Assembly: GCF_963921235.1 (NCBI RefSeq)
Contig: NC_086097.1
Span: forward strand, 233,060,001 to 233,124,000
DNA: 64,000 nt
From: Mobula hypostoma
Lineage: Eukaryota
Direction: 5' to 3'
The notes below the pieces were generated by a model, which was not told the DNA's origin, did no database searches, and saw nothing but the letters and a program-made list of their open reading frames with translations. How positions within the stretch are numbered: the first letter of the stretch is position 1; every line of letters begins with the position of its first letter. Both the position numbers and the translations under genes were made by a program. This document shows, one piece after another, positions 1-13,281 of this stretch.

Positions 1-51
1 TTACCTATGACATCATTTATTCACTCTGACGAGATCCTCTTTTTTGTCTAT

Positions 52-520
52 ATTGAATACTGAAAGGAATAGATAGAGAGGATGAGGAGAGGATGCTTCC
101 TTTAGTCAGGGAGTCTAAGAGCAGGGGGCACATCTTCAGAATAGAAAGACGTCCCTTCAGAACAGAGTTGAGGAGGAATTTCTTACGCCAAGGCTGGTGA
201 ATCTGTGGAATTCATTGCCACAGATGACTGTGGAGGACATTGGGTATATTTAAAGGTATATGGAGGAATTTAAGGTGGGGGCAGGGTTTGAGGGTCGGTA
301 CAACATTGTGGGCTGAAGGGCCTGTACTGTGCTGTACTATTCTATGTTCTATATGTTCTATTAAAGCAGAAATTGATAGGTTCTTGATTAATAAGAGCAT
401 CAGAGCAGACAGGAAGAAGGCAGGAAAATGGAGTTGAGTTAATAAATCAGCCACGATAGAGCAGACACAATAGGCCGAATGGCCTAATGCTGCATTTATA
501 TTTTATGGTCTTGAGGTCTT
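52..520 (+). mobile_element. CR1 LINE 3' fragment with a second short CR1 tail nested at ~256-360
   Basis: Degenerate CR1 ORF2 C-terminal DNA (gagtctaagagcagggggcaca...gtgaatctgtggaattcattgcc) and 3' UTR; nested tail ends in (ttctat)n. Confidence 0.8.
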
Positions 521-1015
521 ATTCATTCACTGAAATATTAATGTTTTTTTTATTACTGGATTTTTAACTAGCAAATGAACCCATCAAAACATCTGAATCC
601 GCGCCGATCAGAAGTCTGCTAGAATGGAAGTATGTTTTGAAGACTCAGATTGATGATGGAGAAAGAACAATTTATTAAAGTATTAACAGCGGAACGAGTT
701 ACTAAAATATTAATAAAGTGGTGAGTTAATGACCTTCTGTCCCCTGGGGTCTCAGAGAGACAAAATTACAGCTGGTCTGGCGAATTTAAATGTCCTGGGA
801 TTGAGGATCAATCCAGTCAGCTTGCTGCTAGTTCATACTCATGTAAACGTATCTGCTTCATTGCTAATTTCACAGGCATCTGTCAATCACTTTAAGGAAC
901 CAGTTATATACTAATGCAGATACGTTTTTTTTTGTACCCGGTATCAGGCCAGTCTTAGTTCCTTTCCTGCCATAACAAATTTATGTCTTACATAAAGTCC
1001 TGAAATTTTACGTTA

Positions 1016-1152
1016 GGTCCCAATGAAGGGTCTCAGCCTAAAACGTTGACTGTTTACACTTTTCCATAGATGCTGCCTGACCTTCTAAGTTCCTCCAGCA
1101 TTTTGGGTGTGTTGCTTTGGATTTCCAGCGTCTACAGACTTTCTCATGCTGT
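1016..1152 (+). mobile_element. Penelope-like element 3' terminal module with degenerate hammerhead
   Basis: gaagggtctcagcctaaaacgttgactg...gatgctgcctgacc...ttcctccagcattttg matches the module ending the GIY-YIG elements at 16148 and 19984. Confidence 0.75.
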
Positions 1153-1620
1153 GTTTGACAACTGCGTATTCATGGTTTACTTGTTATTCCAGTGAGCCTG
1201 AGGACTCTCAGAAGATAATTCCGTTTTAATTAAAGTTATGCTTTTAACCCTTAAACTACAGATGTATTTAGAAAAATGTAATGTAAGTTATGGGCAAATT
1301 GGTCAAACTCCTTCTTAATTGTCCTGTGTGGCTTTTAGTAGCAGTGAATTCAATAGATTTACTGCTGTTCAGAGGTGAAGTCATTTCTCCTCATTTCAGT
1401 CCCAACCTCTTGCACTATGATCCAAAATGGAGACACCTTACTGTAGACACCCCAGCCAGGGGAAACACCCTCCCACTTCCAGTGTTGTCAGAATTCTTGA
1501 AGTTTCATTCAGGATCTTATCTCATTCTTCTATGGTCTTGGTGAATATAAAGCTGGTTGACTTAATCCTCTTATGACATATGATTCCAGGAACCAGTCTG
1601 CATTCCCTCTCAGACAAATA

Positions 1621-2231
1621 TGAGGGGTGATTGATAAGTTCGTGGCCTAAGGTAGAATGAGTCAATTTTCACTTATTTTCCCTTCATTTACACACTTAGT
1701 CTAGCAGTTGTGGAGCAGATGGATCCCTTCTTTGTAGAAGTTGGCGGCTTGGACCTCCAGAGAGTGGTCCAGAGCAGAGGTGATTGATAATTTCGTGGCC
1801 TAAGGTAGAAGGAGATGAGTTACCAACTTCAAACATTCTGCATTTTCACTTAAAGAGTTGAACTGCACGTGGATGCAACAAGAGCTGTATAACTCATCTC
1901 CTTCTACCTTAGGCCACGGACTTATCAATCACCCCTGCTGTGGACCACCTGGAGGTCCAAGACGCTCTCGTTACATGCATGTGCAGTTCAACTCTTTAAG
2001 TGATAATGCAGAAAGTTTGAAGTTATTAACTCATCTCCTTCTACCTTAGGCCACGGACTTATCAATCACCCCTGCTGTGGACCACTTCTCCAAAGAAGGG
2101 ATCTGTGTACTCCACAACCGCTGGATTAAGTGTGAACATATTGGAGGGGACTATGTTGAAAAATAAATGTGGTGGGTTTTCTAAAATTGACTCCTTCTAC
2201 CTTAGGCCACAAACTTATCAATCACCCCTCG
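1621..2231. mobile_element. Mariner-derived fold-back MITE
   Basis: TA flanks at 1619-1620 and 2232-2233; TIR (t/c)gaggggtgattgataagtt...aacttatcaatcacccctcg; three internal TIR-like copies; remnant RWIKCEHIGGDYVEK* at ~2119-2166 resembles mariner transposase C-termini. Inserted in an old minus-strand CR1 fragment. Confidence 0.85.
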
Positions 2232-2786
2232 TATATTCCCTCTGAAACAGGGAGACACCTCTAACAAAGCTGCACACAATACTCCAGTTTATGGTCTTGT
2301 GTTTAACTAATTGTATCCAAATATCATTGCTCATTTGTTCAGGAATAAGCCCATTGACCCACAATGTGTCACAAGCCCTGTGGGCCCACGTAGCATACTG
2401 TAGAGACTGTTGGGCTTTTCAAGCACCTGCGTTTACTAATTGTTGCCATTATGAGAGCCATTAAGCCCTTGTGTTTTCTATTTAATCTTGTTAAATTAAT
2501 TGTGACTGGCACAAGTCTTCCGCTTTCGATGATTATTTAATTCAGACTCTTGCTGCCTGTGGAGTTCTTGTGTTGGGTTTTGCAGTGGTGCTTGGTTGTG
2601 CCACTGATGCACTGTTGGTATATCCATGTATCACCTCTTGCTTCCTTCTCTACATGGGGTCTGTCTTTCCTCTGCACCCGGGCTGAGTCGTTGCCAGTGC
2701 TCAGCGTGACACAATGTCTGCATCTGAACTAATCCTGTACTGTATGTGTGCACAAGGTACGTATCCCCCTATTCCCTGTGTCTATT

Positions 2787-2886
2787 CTGTTCTGATGAAG
2801 GGTCTCAACCCAAAATGTCCACTGTTTGATCATTTCCGTAGATCTTGCCTGACCTCTTGATTTCCTCCCGCATTTGTGTCTGTTGC
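2787..2886 (+). mobile_element. Penelope-like 3' terminal module (degenerate hammerhead)
   Basis: ctgatgaagggtctcaacccaaaatgtccactg...gcctgacctcttgatttcctcccgcatttg. Confidence 0.65.
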
Positions 2887-3489
2887 ACTTACAAAGGAAT
2901 AAGTTAACTGTTGCAATTTCATAATCTTGTGAGCAAATAAAAGTTTTCATTTCTTTCATTAATTTAATCCTCCAAAATCACCCTCTGGAACATGCCAGAA
3001 ACCTGTAGAAATAAAAGAGAACAATATAATAGTCACTGCAGGGCAATGGACAACTAGTAATTTTTTAGCCATATTCAGTGCACATTTAGTCTTTCAGTGT
3101 ATTTTTAGCTAAAGGTTTTCATAATATAATGGATTCAAATTACAGGTTTTAATATTTTATTCAGCTGAGGAGAGATGTTATGTATCACAAGAACTCTCTT
3201 GTAAAACAAGGATCATTATATTTTTAATAAGGTGCTCAGAAATAAGAGAAAGTGAAATGTGAAAATGAAGGGGAAATGTCCCTCACTGTACTTTTTTCAA
3301 TTCCTCCAAAAAGTATGAGCACATAACTGATTACATCACACATTTGGAAGTCTGCTTATGATAGAAACCTTGTAAAATGTTTGCAATACAGGAATCACAC
3401 TGTTAGCCTGATCATAAATGGCAATTCCTCCACTGTTCAATAAGGCCCATGCCATTGAAAGGGAAAAGGACACTATACCTGTGCGAATT

Positions 3490-4575
3490 CCCATAGCATC
3501 ATCTGGCGATCCTATGATTTGTGTCTCGGAGGCTGATGTCCAAATGTCCTTCCAGAGGGTGAACCCTTAAAAGGCATCAGGCCCCAACAGTGTACCTGGA
3601 TGGGTCCTACAAACCTGCACGGATTGGTTGGCTGGAGTAACGGAGGACATCTTCAACCTCTCACTGCTGCGGTCTGAGATTTGCGCCTGCTTTAAAATGG
3701 CAGCAATCATTTCAGTCCCCAAGTTGAGCTGTGTCAATAGCTATTGCCCAGTAGCAGTCACATCTTCCATAAGACAGTGCTTCAAGCATTTGGTGATGGC
3801 TACAATTAACTCCTGAGTAAATGCCTAGTTCTGAGGCAGTTTGCCTATTGCTGGAACAAGCCTACAATGGACACAGTCTCGCCAGTTTTCCTCTCTGTTT
3901 TGGAGCACCTAGCCAACTGCAAGACATATGTCAGGCTACTACTTATCAAACACAGCTCGGTGTTCAATACCATTGCCCCCTCAGTATTAATCAGCAAACT
4001 TCAAAACCTGGGCCTCTGTATGCCCTTCTGCAACTGGAACCTTGACTTCCTTGTTGGGAGCCCACAGTTAGTGTGGATCAATATCAACACCTCTTGCTGG
4101 CGATCAACACTGCCGCACCTCAAGGATGCTTACTCAGCCTATTAATCATCTCTCTCTGCAACCTTCACTGTGTAGCTACGCATAGCTCAGATGGCATCAG
4201 TAAATTCACTGATGACGCCACTCTTGTTGGCAGAATCTCAGATGGCAATAAGGAGGCATTCAGGAATAAGAGAGTTCAGCTGGTTGAGTGATGTCAAAAC
4301 AACAACTCAATGTCAGCAGGACAAAGGAAATGAATATGGACATAAGGAAGGCGTCGTTGGGAGAACACACACCAATCCTCATTGGGGGGGGGGAACTATT
4401 TCCTGGGTATCAACGTCTCAGAGGATTAACTCATCAATATAATCATGAAGAAGGCATGCCCGTGGCTTTAGTTCTTTAGGAGTTTGAGGAGATTTGGTAT
4501 GTCACCAAAGACTTGCAAATTTGTATAGATGTACTTTGGAGAACATTTCGATTGGCTGCATCAAAGCCTGGTGTG
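3490..4575 (+). mobile_element. Rex1/Babar-type LINE RT fragment (frameshifted)
   Basis: Motifs YVRLLLIKHSSVFNTI, APQGCLLS, KFTDDATLVG, LNVSRTKEM in successive frames. Confidence 0.8.
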
Positions 4576-4879
4576 TATTAAAGTTTGGATGCTGTAAATA
4601 TCCCACTAGTTTAAATATGATTAGTGTTAGGGTGATCATTAAATGGAATGAAAGAATTAAAGCAAATGTATTTACAGTGGAAAAAAAACAGGTATATTTT
4701 GTTCCCAACTGGACTGGCTATAAGTACATAAGTAGACGTTATGTACATCAAGGAGCACAGGGTAAAGCAAAGACAGAATGTAGGATATAGTGTTACAGTT
4801 AGAGAGAGAATGCAGTTTAGGTAAATATTTAAGGTGGAAGAGCAATGGCAGGGTAGATTGAGAGATCAGGAGTTCATCT

Positions 4880-5700
4880 TTATCATTTAAAGGACCATTC
4901 AGAAGTCTTCTAATAGCAGGGCAGAAGTTGGACACGTAGCTGCCTGGTGGTGTGTGTTTTCAGGTGTTTGCGTCTGCTGCCTGATGGAAGGGGGGGAGAT
5001 GAGAGAATGACCGGATGGAAGGAGTTTTTAATTATTTTGATTACTTTATGGGCAACACGAAATGTAGACAGAGTCTATTTAGGAGAGGCTGATCTCTGAA
5101 TAGACTGGGTTGAACTCTCTGCAATGTCTTGCAGTATTGGGTAGAGCAGCTGCATACCAAGCTGTGATGCATCTGGTTAGAAAGTTCTCTATTGGGTGTC
5201 TATAGAAACTAGTGAGGGTCTTTGTGGACATGTTGAATTACCTTAGTCTTATGAGGAAGTAGAGGTGCTGCTGAGCTACCTTGACCATAGTGTCTATGTG
5301 GTTGGACCAGGACAAGCCATTGGTCAAGCTCTCAACAATCTCCACCTCAGCATCATCAATGCATACAGATGTGTGTAGTCTGCCCATTTCCTGAACTCAA
5401 TGACCAGCTCTTTTGCTTTGCTAACATTGAGGAAAAAGTTGTTTCAGGACACTGGGTCCACAGTTTCTCTTTCTTATTCCTGTACTCTGTTATTTTTATT
5501 TGAGGTAGGGCCCACTATGGAGGTATCATTTGCAAAGTTGTAGCTGGTGTTAGAGCAAAATCTGGCCGCAGTCACGAGTGTATGGTTAGTAGAGTGGGGG
5601 CTGACGATACTGCTCTGCAAGCCAGCAGTGTTGAGGATAATCATGCCAGAGTTGCTGTTTTCTATCCTTAATGATTGCAGTTTGTTGGTCAGGTCTAAGA
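4880..5700 (-). mobile_element. Rex1/Babar-type LINE fragment
   Basis: Minus-strand FANDTSIVG motif; DNA similar to the other Rex1 3' fragments here. Confidence 0.65.
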
Positions 5701-5861
5701 CTTTGGAGAGGGACATTGATGAACATGAGGTCAACAAAGAAAAGGCTAATGTGCTGGAGCATGTTGAGGTTAAGAAAGAGGTAGTGTTAGAGTTTATCTT
5801 AAAGTGTATTTTAAGCAGAGGTTGGTAGGTTCCTGATTATTTATTATTATTTTTATTATGT

Positions 5862-6142
5862 TATTTAGAGATCAGCACAGAAAAGGCTCTTTCGGCCCTC
5901 CGAGCCACACTATACAGCAACCCCCAACAACCCCGATTTAACCCTAACTTAATCACGGGACAATTTACAATGATTAATTAACCTACTAACTAGGGCAAAT
6001 GTGGGAGGAAATGGGATCACCCAGAGGAAACCCATGCACTCATGGGAATGATGTACAAACTTACAGTTGGCATCAGTATTAAACTCTGAACTCTGACACA
6101 TTGCGCCGTTACAGTGTCACACTCACCAGTACGCTACCGTGG
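5862..6142 (-). mobile_element. tRNA-derived V-domain SINE (HE1-like) with CR1-type tail
   Basis: Minus strand: cacggtagcgtactggt head, gggtttcctctgggtgatcccatttcctcccaca V-domain, tail ending ctctaaataa. Confidence 0.75.
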
Positions 6143-6739
6143 GGTTTTCCTTAATCCTACTCGCATGTCCCATTCTAGCTCTCTTAAGTCCCTTCTTAAA
6201 CTCCTTCTTGGCTAACATAATTTTCTGGAGAACTATCTGATTTTTACTTCCTAAGTGCTGTGTATGCTTCCTTCATGACTAAATCTTCCGCTTATCTTGT
6301 GAAGCATTGTTTTAAATCTAAATTTCTTTCCCCAAATCAATGGAACAAACATATCAAGAACCACATGCTCCCTAAACAATCTCCACATTTTTGCCGTGCA
6401 TCTTCATGAAAAGATCTGTTCTCAATTTTCTTTTCCAAGTTTTTGCCTAGTACTATCATAATTAGCCATCCTCCATTTAAATGCTTTCCCATATAATCTG
6501 CCCCCATCCTTGTTCATGGCTAGGCTTAAGGTCAGGGAGTGGTGGTCTCTTTCTTGACCAATGAACCTGCCTAGGTTCATAGATAGTACTTGACCAGTAT
6601 GGCCTTTCCTCCAATCAGTCTGTCCACATACATTGTCACTCTTAAGGAAGGTATTCGGCTCATTGTGAATATTCTGGGTCAGAGCTTCCTATCAATTCCA
6701 TTCCCCACTTACAACCTGTGACTTTTTCTCTCTCACACT

Positions 6740-8250
6740 TGGGGAAAATGGGAAGAACATGGTTGTACTTGGGAGCTGAATGTCCAAGGAGTGATAGGAA
6801 AGTAGACAGAGAGGATGGCATGACTCTGCTGGTAAAGAATAGCATCAAGTCATTAGAAAGATGTGAGATCAGATCGGAAGATATTGAAACCTTGTGGGCT
6901 TGGTTAAGAAACTGCAAGGGTAAAAGAGCCCTAATGGCAGTTATGCACAGGCTTCCAAACAATAGGTGGGACGTGGACTACAGATTTCAATGAGAAATAG
7001 AAAAGGTGTGTTAAAAGGTCTGTGTTATGACAGTCATTGGAGATTTTAACATGCAGGTAGATTGGGAAAATCAGATTGGTAATAGATCCCAAGGGAGAGA
7101 ATTTGTGGAATGCATATGAAATGGCTTTTTAGAACAGTTTGTTGTTGAGCCTATGAGGGGATCAGCTACACTCAATTGGGTGTTATGTAATGTATCAGAG
7201 GTGATTAGGGAGCTCAAGGCAAAGGAACCCTAGGGTGAGATGATCACAATATGATTGAATTCAACTTGAAATTTGATAGGAAGAAAGTAAAGTTTGCCAT
7301 AGCAGTATTTAAGTGGAGTTGATAAAATCACAGTGGTATGAGAGAGGAGCTGGCCAAAGTAAATTGAAAGAGAGATGCTGGCAGAGATGACAGCAGAGCA
7401 ATAATGGCGTGAGTTTCTGGGAAAAATGAGAAAGGTGCAGGATAGATGTATTCCAAAAACAAAGAAATACTCACATGGCAAATTAGTACAACTGTGGCTG
7501 ATAAGGGAAGTCAAAGCTAATGTAAAAGCAAAAGAGAGGGCATACAACGAAAAAAAAAAAGCAGAAAGATAGAGGATTGGGAAGCTTTAAAAACCTACAG
7601 AAAGGAATGAAAATAATCATTAGAAGGGAAATGATGAAATATGAAAGCAAACTAGCAAACAAATTCAAGGTGGATAGAAAAAGCTTTTTAAAGTGTATAA
7701 AAAAACTGAGAGATGAGTGTATATAGGACCAGTAGAAAATGAGGCAAGAGAAATAATAATGGGGGACAAGGAGATAGCAGTTGAACTAAATAGGTATTTT
7801 GCATCAGTCTTCACTATGGAAGACATTAGCAGTGTGCCAGGTATTGAAGGGTGTGAGAGAAGACAAGTGAGTGCAGTTACTATTACAAGGTAGAAGATGC
7901 TTAAAAAGCTGGAAGATCTAAAGGTGTCACCCGGACCAGATGAACTGCACCCTTGGGTTCTGAAAGAGGTAGTGGTTGAGACTGTGGAGGCATTAGTAAT
8001 GATCTTTCAACAATCATTGGACCTGGCATGATTCTGGAGGAGTGGAAAATTGAAAATGTCACCCTGCTCTTAAAGGAAGGAGAGAGGCAGCGGAAAGGCA
8101 ATTATAGATCAGTTAGCCTGATCTGAGTGGCTGGGAAGACATTGGAGTCAATTGTTAAGTATGAATTTATGGAGTACCTGGTGACACAGAACAAGATAGG
8201 ACAAAGTCAGCATAGTTTCTTTAAGGGAAGATCTTGCCTGACAAACCTGT
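6740..8250 (+). mobile_element. CR1 LINE ORF2 fragment (endonuclease to RT start), decayed
   Basis: APE-like ETLWAWLRNCKGK..MHRLPN and GDFN DNA, then tether/RT DNA with many stops. Confidence 0.8.
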
Positions 8251-8274
8251 GCCTCTGATAGTTTTATTAATTTA

Positions 8275-8590
8275 TTCATTTAAAGGATATGGGCGTCGCC
8301 AGCTAAACCAGCATTTGTTGCCCATCCCTAGTTGCCCTTGAGAAGGTGGTGATAAGCCTCCTTCTTGAACTGCTACAGTCCCTGAGGTGTAGATACACCC
8401 ACAGTGCTGTTAGGGAGGGAATTCCATGATCTTAACCCAGCGACAATGAAGGAACAGCGATATGTTTCCAAGTAAGGACGGTGAGTGACTTGCGGGAAGA
8501 TTTCCAAATGGTGGTGTTCCCAGATATCTGCTGTTCTCGTCCTTCAAGATGATACTGGTTGTGGGACTGGAAGTGGTTGTGGGTCGTTTG
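8275..8590 (-). mobile_element. 3' end of a CR1/L2-clade LINE
   Basis: Minus translation ...SWNSLPNSTVGVSTP...FKKEAYHHLLKGN*, then short UTR and aataaa. Confidence 0.65.
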
Positions 8591-9163
8591 TGCGAAATTA
8601 GCTGCTTGATGGTACTGAAAGATAACCATAATATTAAACACTGCTAGTATGTTTCGTAAAATATTCCATCTGGGTAGCCTGAGCATCAATTCCTCGAATT
8701 TCCCTTAATCCCCTCCCTCCTTTCACCATTTCCTGTTCCCATTTCCCTCCCTCGTTTTATCTCTTAATCTTCTCTCTCTGGTGCTCCTCCCCCTTTCCTT
8801 TCTTCCACGGCCTTCTGTCCTCTCCTATCAGATCCCCCTTCTCCAGCCCTGTATCTCTTTCACCAATCAATTTCCCTGCTTGGATTTCTAGTATCTGTGG
8901 ATTTTCTCATGTTAGTAAAATCTGTTCCTGGTTTTGATCTCATCTGGGATAATTTAGTAGGTATTCAGTTCAATTTTTGAATTTACATTGTGGCTGTGCA
9001 ACACTGAGAATAATGAAGATTATCTGAATTGTTCAAAGTGTACAATTTAAGATTACCAGAAAAAAATTCATCTTTGGAGTTCATAGCCTGATACAGCAAA
9101 CAAGATTTTGATGTACAGTTGAAGTCAGGAAGTTTTTTGTCCAGTTTGTTTAGAGTAGAGAGA

Positions 9164-10099
9164 ATGCCAGGCAGGATGTTGGAATGCTCCTCTTGCAGGA
9201 TGTGGGAAGTCAGGGAGCCCTCTGGTGTCCCTGACAACGACACCTGCAAGAGGTGCATCCAGCTGCAGCTCCTAACAAACCGCGTTAGGGAACTGGAGCA
9301 GGAGCTGGATGACCTGTGGATCATTCGGGAGAATGAGGAGATTATAGATAATAGCTACAGGGAGGTAGTTACACCAAAGGAGCAGAGCACAGGAAATTGG
9401 GTCACTGTCAGGCGAGGGAAGAGGAAAGGGCAGGCAGAGCAAGGTTCCCCTGTGGCCATTCCCCTCAACAACAAGTATATCGCATTGGATACTGTTGGGG
9501 GGGATGACTTACCTGGGACAAGCTGCAGCAGCCAGATCTCTGGCACTGAGTCTGGTTCTGCAGTACAGAAGGGAGGGTGGAAAAAGAGGAGAGCAGTAGT
9601 CATGGGGGACTCAATAGTTAGAGGTACAGATAGGAGGTTCTGTGGTCGTGACTGAGAATCCAGGATGGTTTGTTGCCTCCCGGGTGCCAGGGTCAAGGAT
9701 GTCTCTGATCGCTTGCATGACATTCTGAAGTGGGAGGGTGATCAGCCAGATGTCGTGGTGCACATCGGTACCAATGACATAGCAAGGAAGAGTGAGGAGG
9801 TCCTGGAGAGTGAGTATAGAGAGCTTGGTAGGAAGTTGAAAAGCAGGACCTCGAGGGTGGTAATCTCAGGATTGCTACCTGTGCCACGTGCCAGTGAGGG
9901 TAGGAATAGGATGGTCTGGAGGAGGAACAAGTGGCTGAGGAACTGGTGTAGGGGGCAGGGTTTCAGATTTCAGGATCATTGGGACCTCTTCTGGGGCAGG
10001 TGGGACCTGTACAAGAGGGACGGGTTACACTTAAACTACAAGGGGGCCAACATCCTTTCAGGAAGGTTTGTTAGTGTTATTGGGGAGGCTTTAAACTAG
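9164..10099 (+). pseudogene. CR1 ORF1 (CxxC zinc finger, coiled coil, SGNH esterase), one premature TGA at 9653-9655
   Basis: CSSCRMW..CKRC, LTNRVRELEQEL, VVMGDSIV, CLPGA, HIGTND, DGLHL. Confidence 0.92.
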
Positions 10100-10149
10100 A
10101 TCTGCAGGGGGATGGGAACCAGAGTGCCAGAGCTGACAGTGGGGCTGGG

Positions 10150-12911
10150 GTGAAAATAAATGATGTTAAAAGTTCAAGCAAAGCCGCTAATAGAAAGGTT
10201 GTGAGTGGTGGTAAAAATCTTCTGAGGTGTATATATTTCAATGCTAGGAGTATTGCAGGGAAGGCAGACGAGATGAGGGCGTGGATTGACACGTGGAATT
10301 ATGACATTATAGCAATTAGTGAAACTTGGCTACAGGAGGGGCAGGTCTGGCAGCTTAATATTCCAGGGTTCCGATGTTTCAGGTGTGATAGAGGTAGAGG
10401 AGTGAAAGGTGGGGGAGTAGCATTGCTTGTTAGGGAAAATATTACAGCAGTGCTCAGGCAGGACAGATTAGAGGGCTTGTCTACTGAGTCCTTATGGGTG
10501 GAGCTGAGAAACAGGAAAGGTATGGCCACATTAGTGGGGTTGTATTATAGACCACCCAATAGTCAGTGAGAATTGGAGGAGCAAATCTGCAGAGAGATAG
10601 CAGACAACTGCAGGAAACATAAAGTTGTGGTGGAAGGGGATTTTAATTTTCCACATAATGATTGGGACTCCTATACTGTTAGGGGTCCAGATGGGTTAGA
10701 GTTTATAAAATGTGTTCAGGAAAGTTTTCTAAATCAATATATAGAGGTACCAACTAGAGAGGATGCAATATTAGATCTCCTATTAGGAAACGAGTTAGGA
10801 CAGGTGACAGAAGTGTGTGTAGGGGAACACTTTGGTTCCAGTGATCACAACACCATTAGTTTCAACTTGATCATGGATAAAGATAGATCTGGTCCTAGGG
10901 TTGAGGTTCTAAACTGGAAGAAGACCAAATTTGAAGAAATGAGAAAGGATCTGAAAAGCGTGGATTGGGACAGGTTGTTATCTGGCAAGGATGTGATCGG
11001 TAGGTGGGAAGCCTTCAAAGGAGAAATGTTGAGAGTGCAGAGCTTGTATGTTCCCGTCAGGAATAAAGGCAAAGTGAATAGAAATAAGGAACCTTGTTTC
11101 TCAAGGGATATTGCAACTCTGATAAAGAAGAAGAGAGAGATTTATATGACATGTATAGGAAACAGGGAGTAAATAAGGTACTTGAGGAGTATAAAAGGTG
11201 CTAGAAAATACTTAAGAAGGAAATCAGGGGGGCTAAAAGAAGACATGAGGTTGCCTTGGCAGTCGAAGTGAAGGATAATTCAAAGAGCTTTTACAGGTAT
11301 ATTAAGAGTAAAAAGATTGTAAGGGATAAAATTGGTCCTCTTGAAGATCAGAGTGGTCGGCTATGTGCGGAACCAAAAGAAATGGAGATCTTAAATGGGT
11401 TTTTTGCATCTGTATTTACTAAGGAAACTGGCATAAAGTCTATGGAATTAAGGGAAACAAGTAGTGAGATCATGGAAACTGTACAGATTGAAAAGGAGGA
11501 GGTGCTTGCTATCTTGAGGCAAATTAAAGTGGATAAATCCCCAGGACCTGACAGGGTATTCCCTCGGACCTTGAAGGAGACTAGTGTTGAAATTGCAGGG
11601 GCCCTGGCAGATATATTTAAAATGTCGGTGTCTATGGGTGAGGTGCTGGAGGATTGGAGAATGGCTCATGTTTTTCCGTTGTTTAAAAAAGTATTGAAAA
11701 GTAATCCGGGAAATTATGGGCTGGTAAGTTTGACATTGGTAGTGGGTAAATTATTGGAAGGAATACTAAGAGACAGAATCTACAAGCATTTGGATAGACA
11801 GGGACTTATTAGAGAGAGTCAACATGGCTTTGTGCGTGGTAGGTCATGTTTGACCAATCTATTGGAGTTTTTCGAGGAGGTTAGCAGGAAAGTGGATGAA
11901 GGGAAGGCAGTGGATGTTGTCTACATGGACTTCAGTAAGGCCTTTGACAAGGTCCCACATGGGAGGTTAGTTAGGAAAATTCAGTCGCTTGGTATACATG
12001 GAGAGGTAGTAAATTGGATTAGACATTGGCTCAATGGAAGAAGCCAAAGAGTGGTAGTAGAGGATTGCTTCTCCGAGTGGAGGCCTGTGACTAGTGGTGT
12101 GCCACAGGGATCAGTGCTGGGTCCATTGTTATTTGTCATCTATATCAATGATCTGGATGATAATATGGTAAATTGGATCAGCAAATTTGCTGATGATACA
12201 AAGATTGGAGGTGTAGTGGACAGTGAGGAAGGTTTTCAAAGCTTGCGGAGGGATTTGGACCAGCTGGAAAAATGGGCTGAAAAATGGCAGATGGAGTTTA
12301 ATACAGACAAGTGTGAGATATTGCACTTTGGAAGGACAAACCAAGGTAGAACATACAGGGTAAATGGTAAGGCACTGAGGAGTGCAGTAGAACAGAGGGA
12401 TCTGGGAATACAGATACAGAATTCCCTAAAAGTGGCGTCACAGGTAGATAGGGTCATAAAGAGAGCTTTTGGAACATTGGCCTTTATTAATCAAAGTATT
12501 GAGAATAAGAGCTGGAATGTTATGATGAGGTTGTACAAGGCATTGGTGAAGCCGAATCTGGAGTATTGTGTTTGGTTTTGGTCACCAAATTACAGGAAGG
12601 ATATAAATAAGGTTGAAAGAGTGCAGAGAAGGTTTACAAGGATGTTGCCGGGACTTGAGAAACTCAGTTACGGAGAAAGACTGAATAGGTTAGGACTTTA
12701 TTCCCTGGAGCGTAGAAGAATGAGGGGAGATTTGATAGAGGTATATAAAATTATGATGGGTATAGATAGAGTGAATGCAAGCAGGCTTTTTCCACTGAGG
12801 CAAGGGGAGAAAGAAACCAGAGGACATGAGTTAAGGGTAAAGGACGAAAAGTTTAAAGGGAACATTAGTGGGGGGCTTCTTCACACAGAGAGTGGTGGGA
12901 GTGTGGAATGA
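10150..12911 (+). pseudogene. CR1 ORF2 (APE endonuclease plus reverse transcriptase) with stops and frameshifts
   Basis: [52 protein letters not shown] at 10567-10569; frame change near 11140-11250. Confidence 0.95.
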
Positions 12912-13281
12912 GCATTTAAGAATATATTGGAAAGATACATGGATGGGAGGTGTATGGCGGGATATGGTCCGTGTGCAGGTCAGTGGGACTAGGCAGAAAA
13001 TGGTTCAGCACAGCCAAGTAGGGCCAAAAGGCCTGTTTCTGTGCTGTAGTTTTTCTATGGTTTCTATGGTTTACTTACACCTTAGCCAAATACATTTAAA
13101 CTCAGTTTTTCACAATCCCTGACATTTAATCATAGAAAACATTCCCTGTCTTAGATCAGTTAGGATCACTACTTTATTTTAAGAATGTGAAATGTCTGAA
13201 TAATAGTAGAGAGAAGGATTTATTTCAGCTTTTATTTCTTTCATCACTTTTCCAGTGGGTCAGAAGTTTATATACACTTTG

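Larger units (their letters stand above)
9136..13068 (+). mobile_element. Near full-length CR1 LINE (5' UTR truncated)
   Basis: ORF1, ORF2 and 3' UTR ending in (tttctatgg)2; possible gttt TSD at 9132-9135 and 13069-13072. Confidence 0.95.

Noticed and set aside
9119..9163. N-terminal extension of ORF1 (MKSGSFLSSLF...)
   Set aside because: It begins at a TTG inside the Tc1 TIR and crosses the insertion junction; the first ATG is at 9164.
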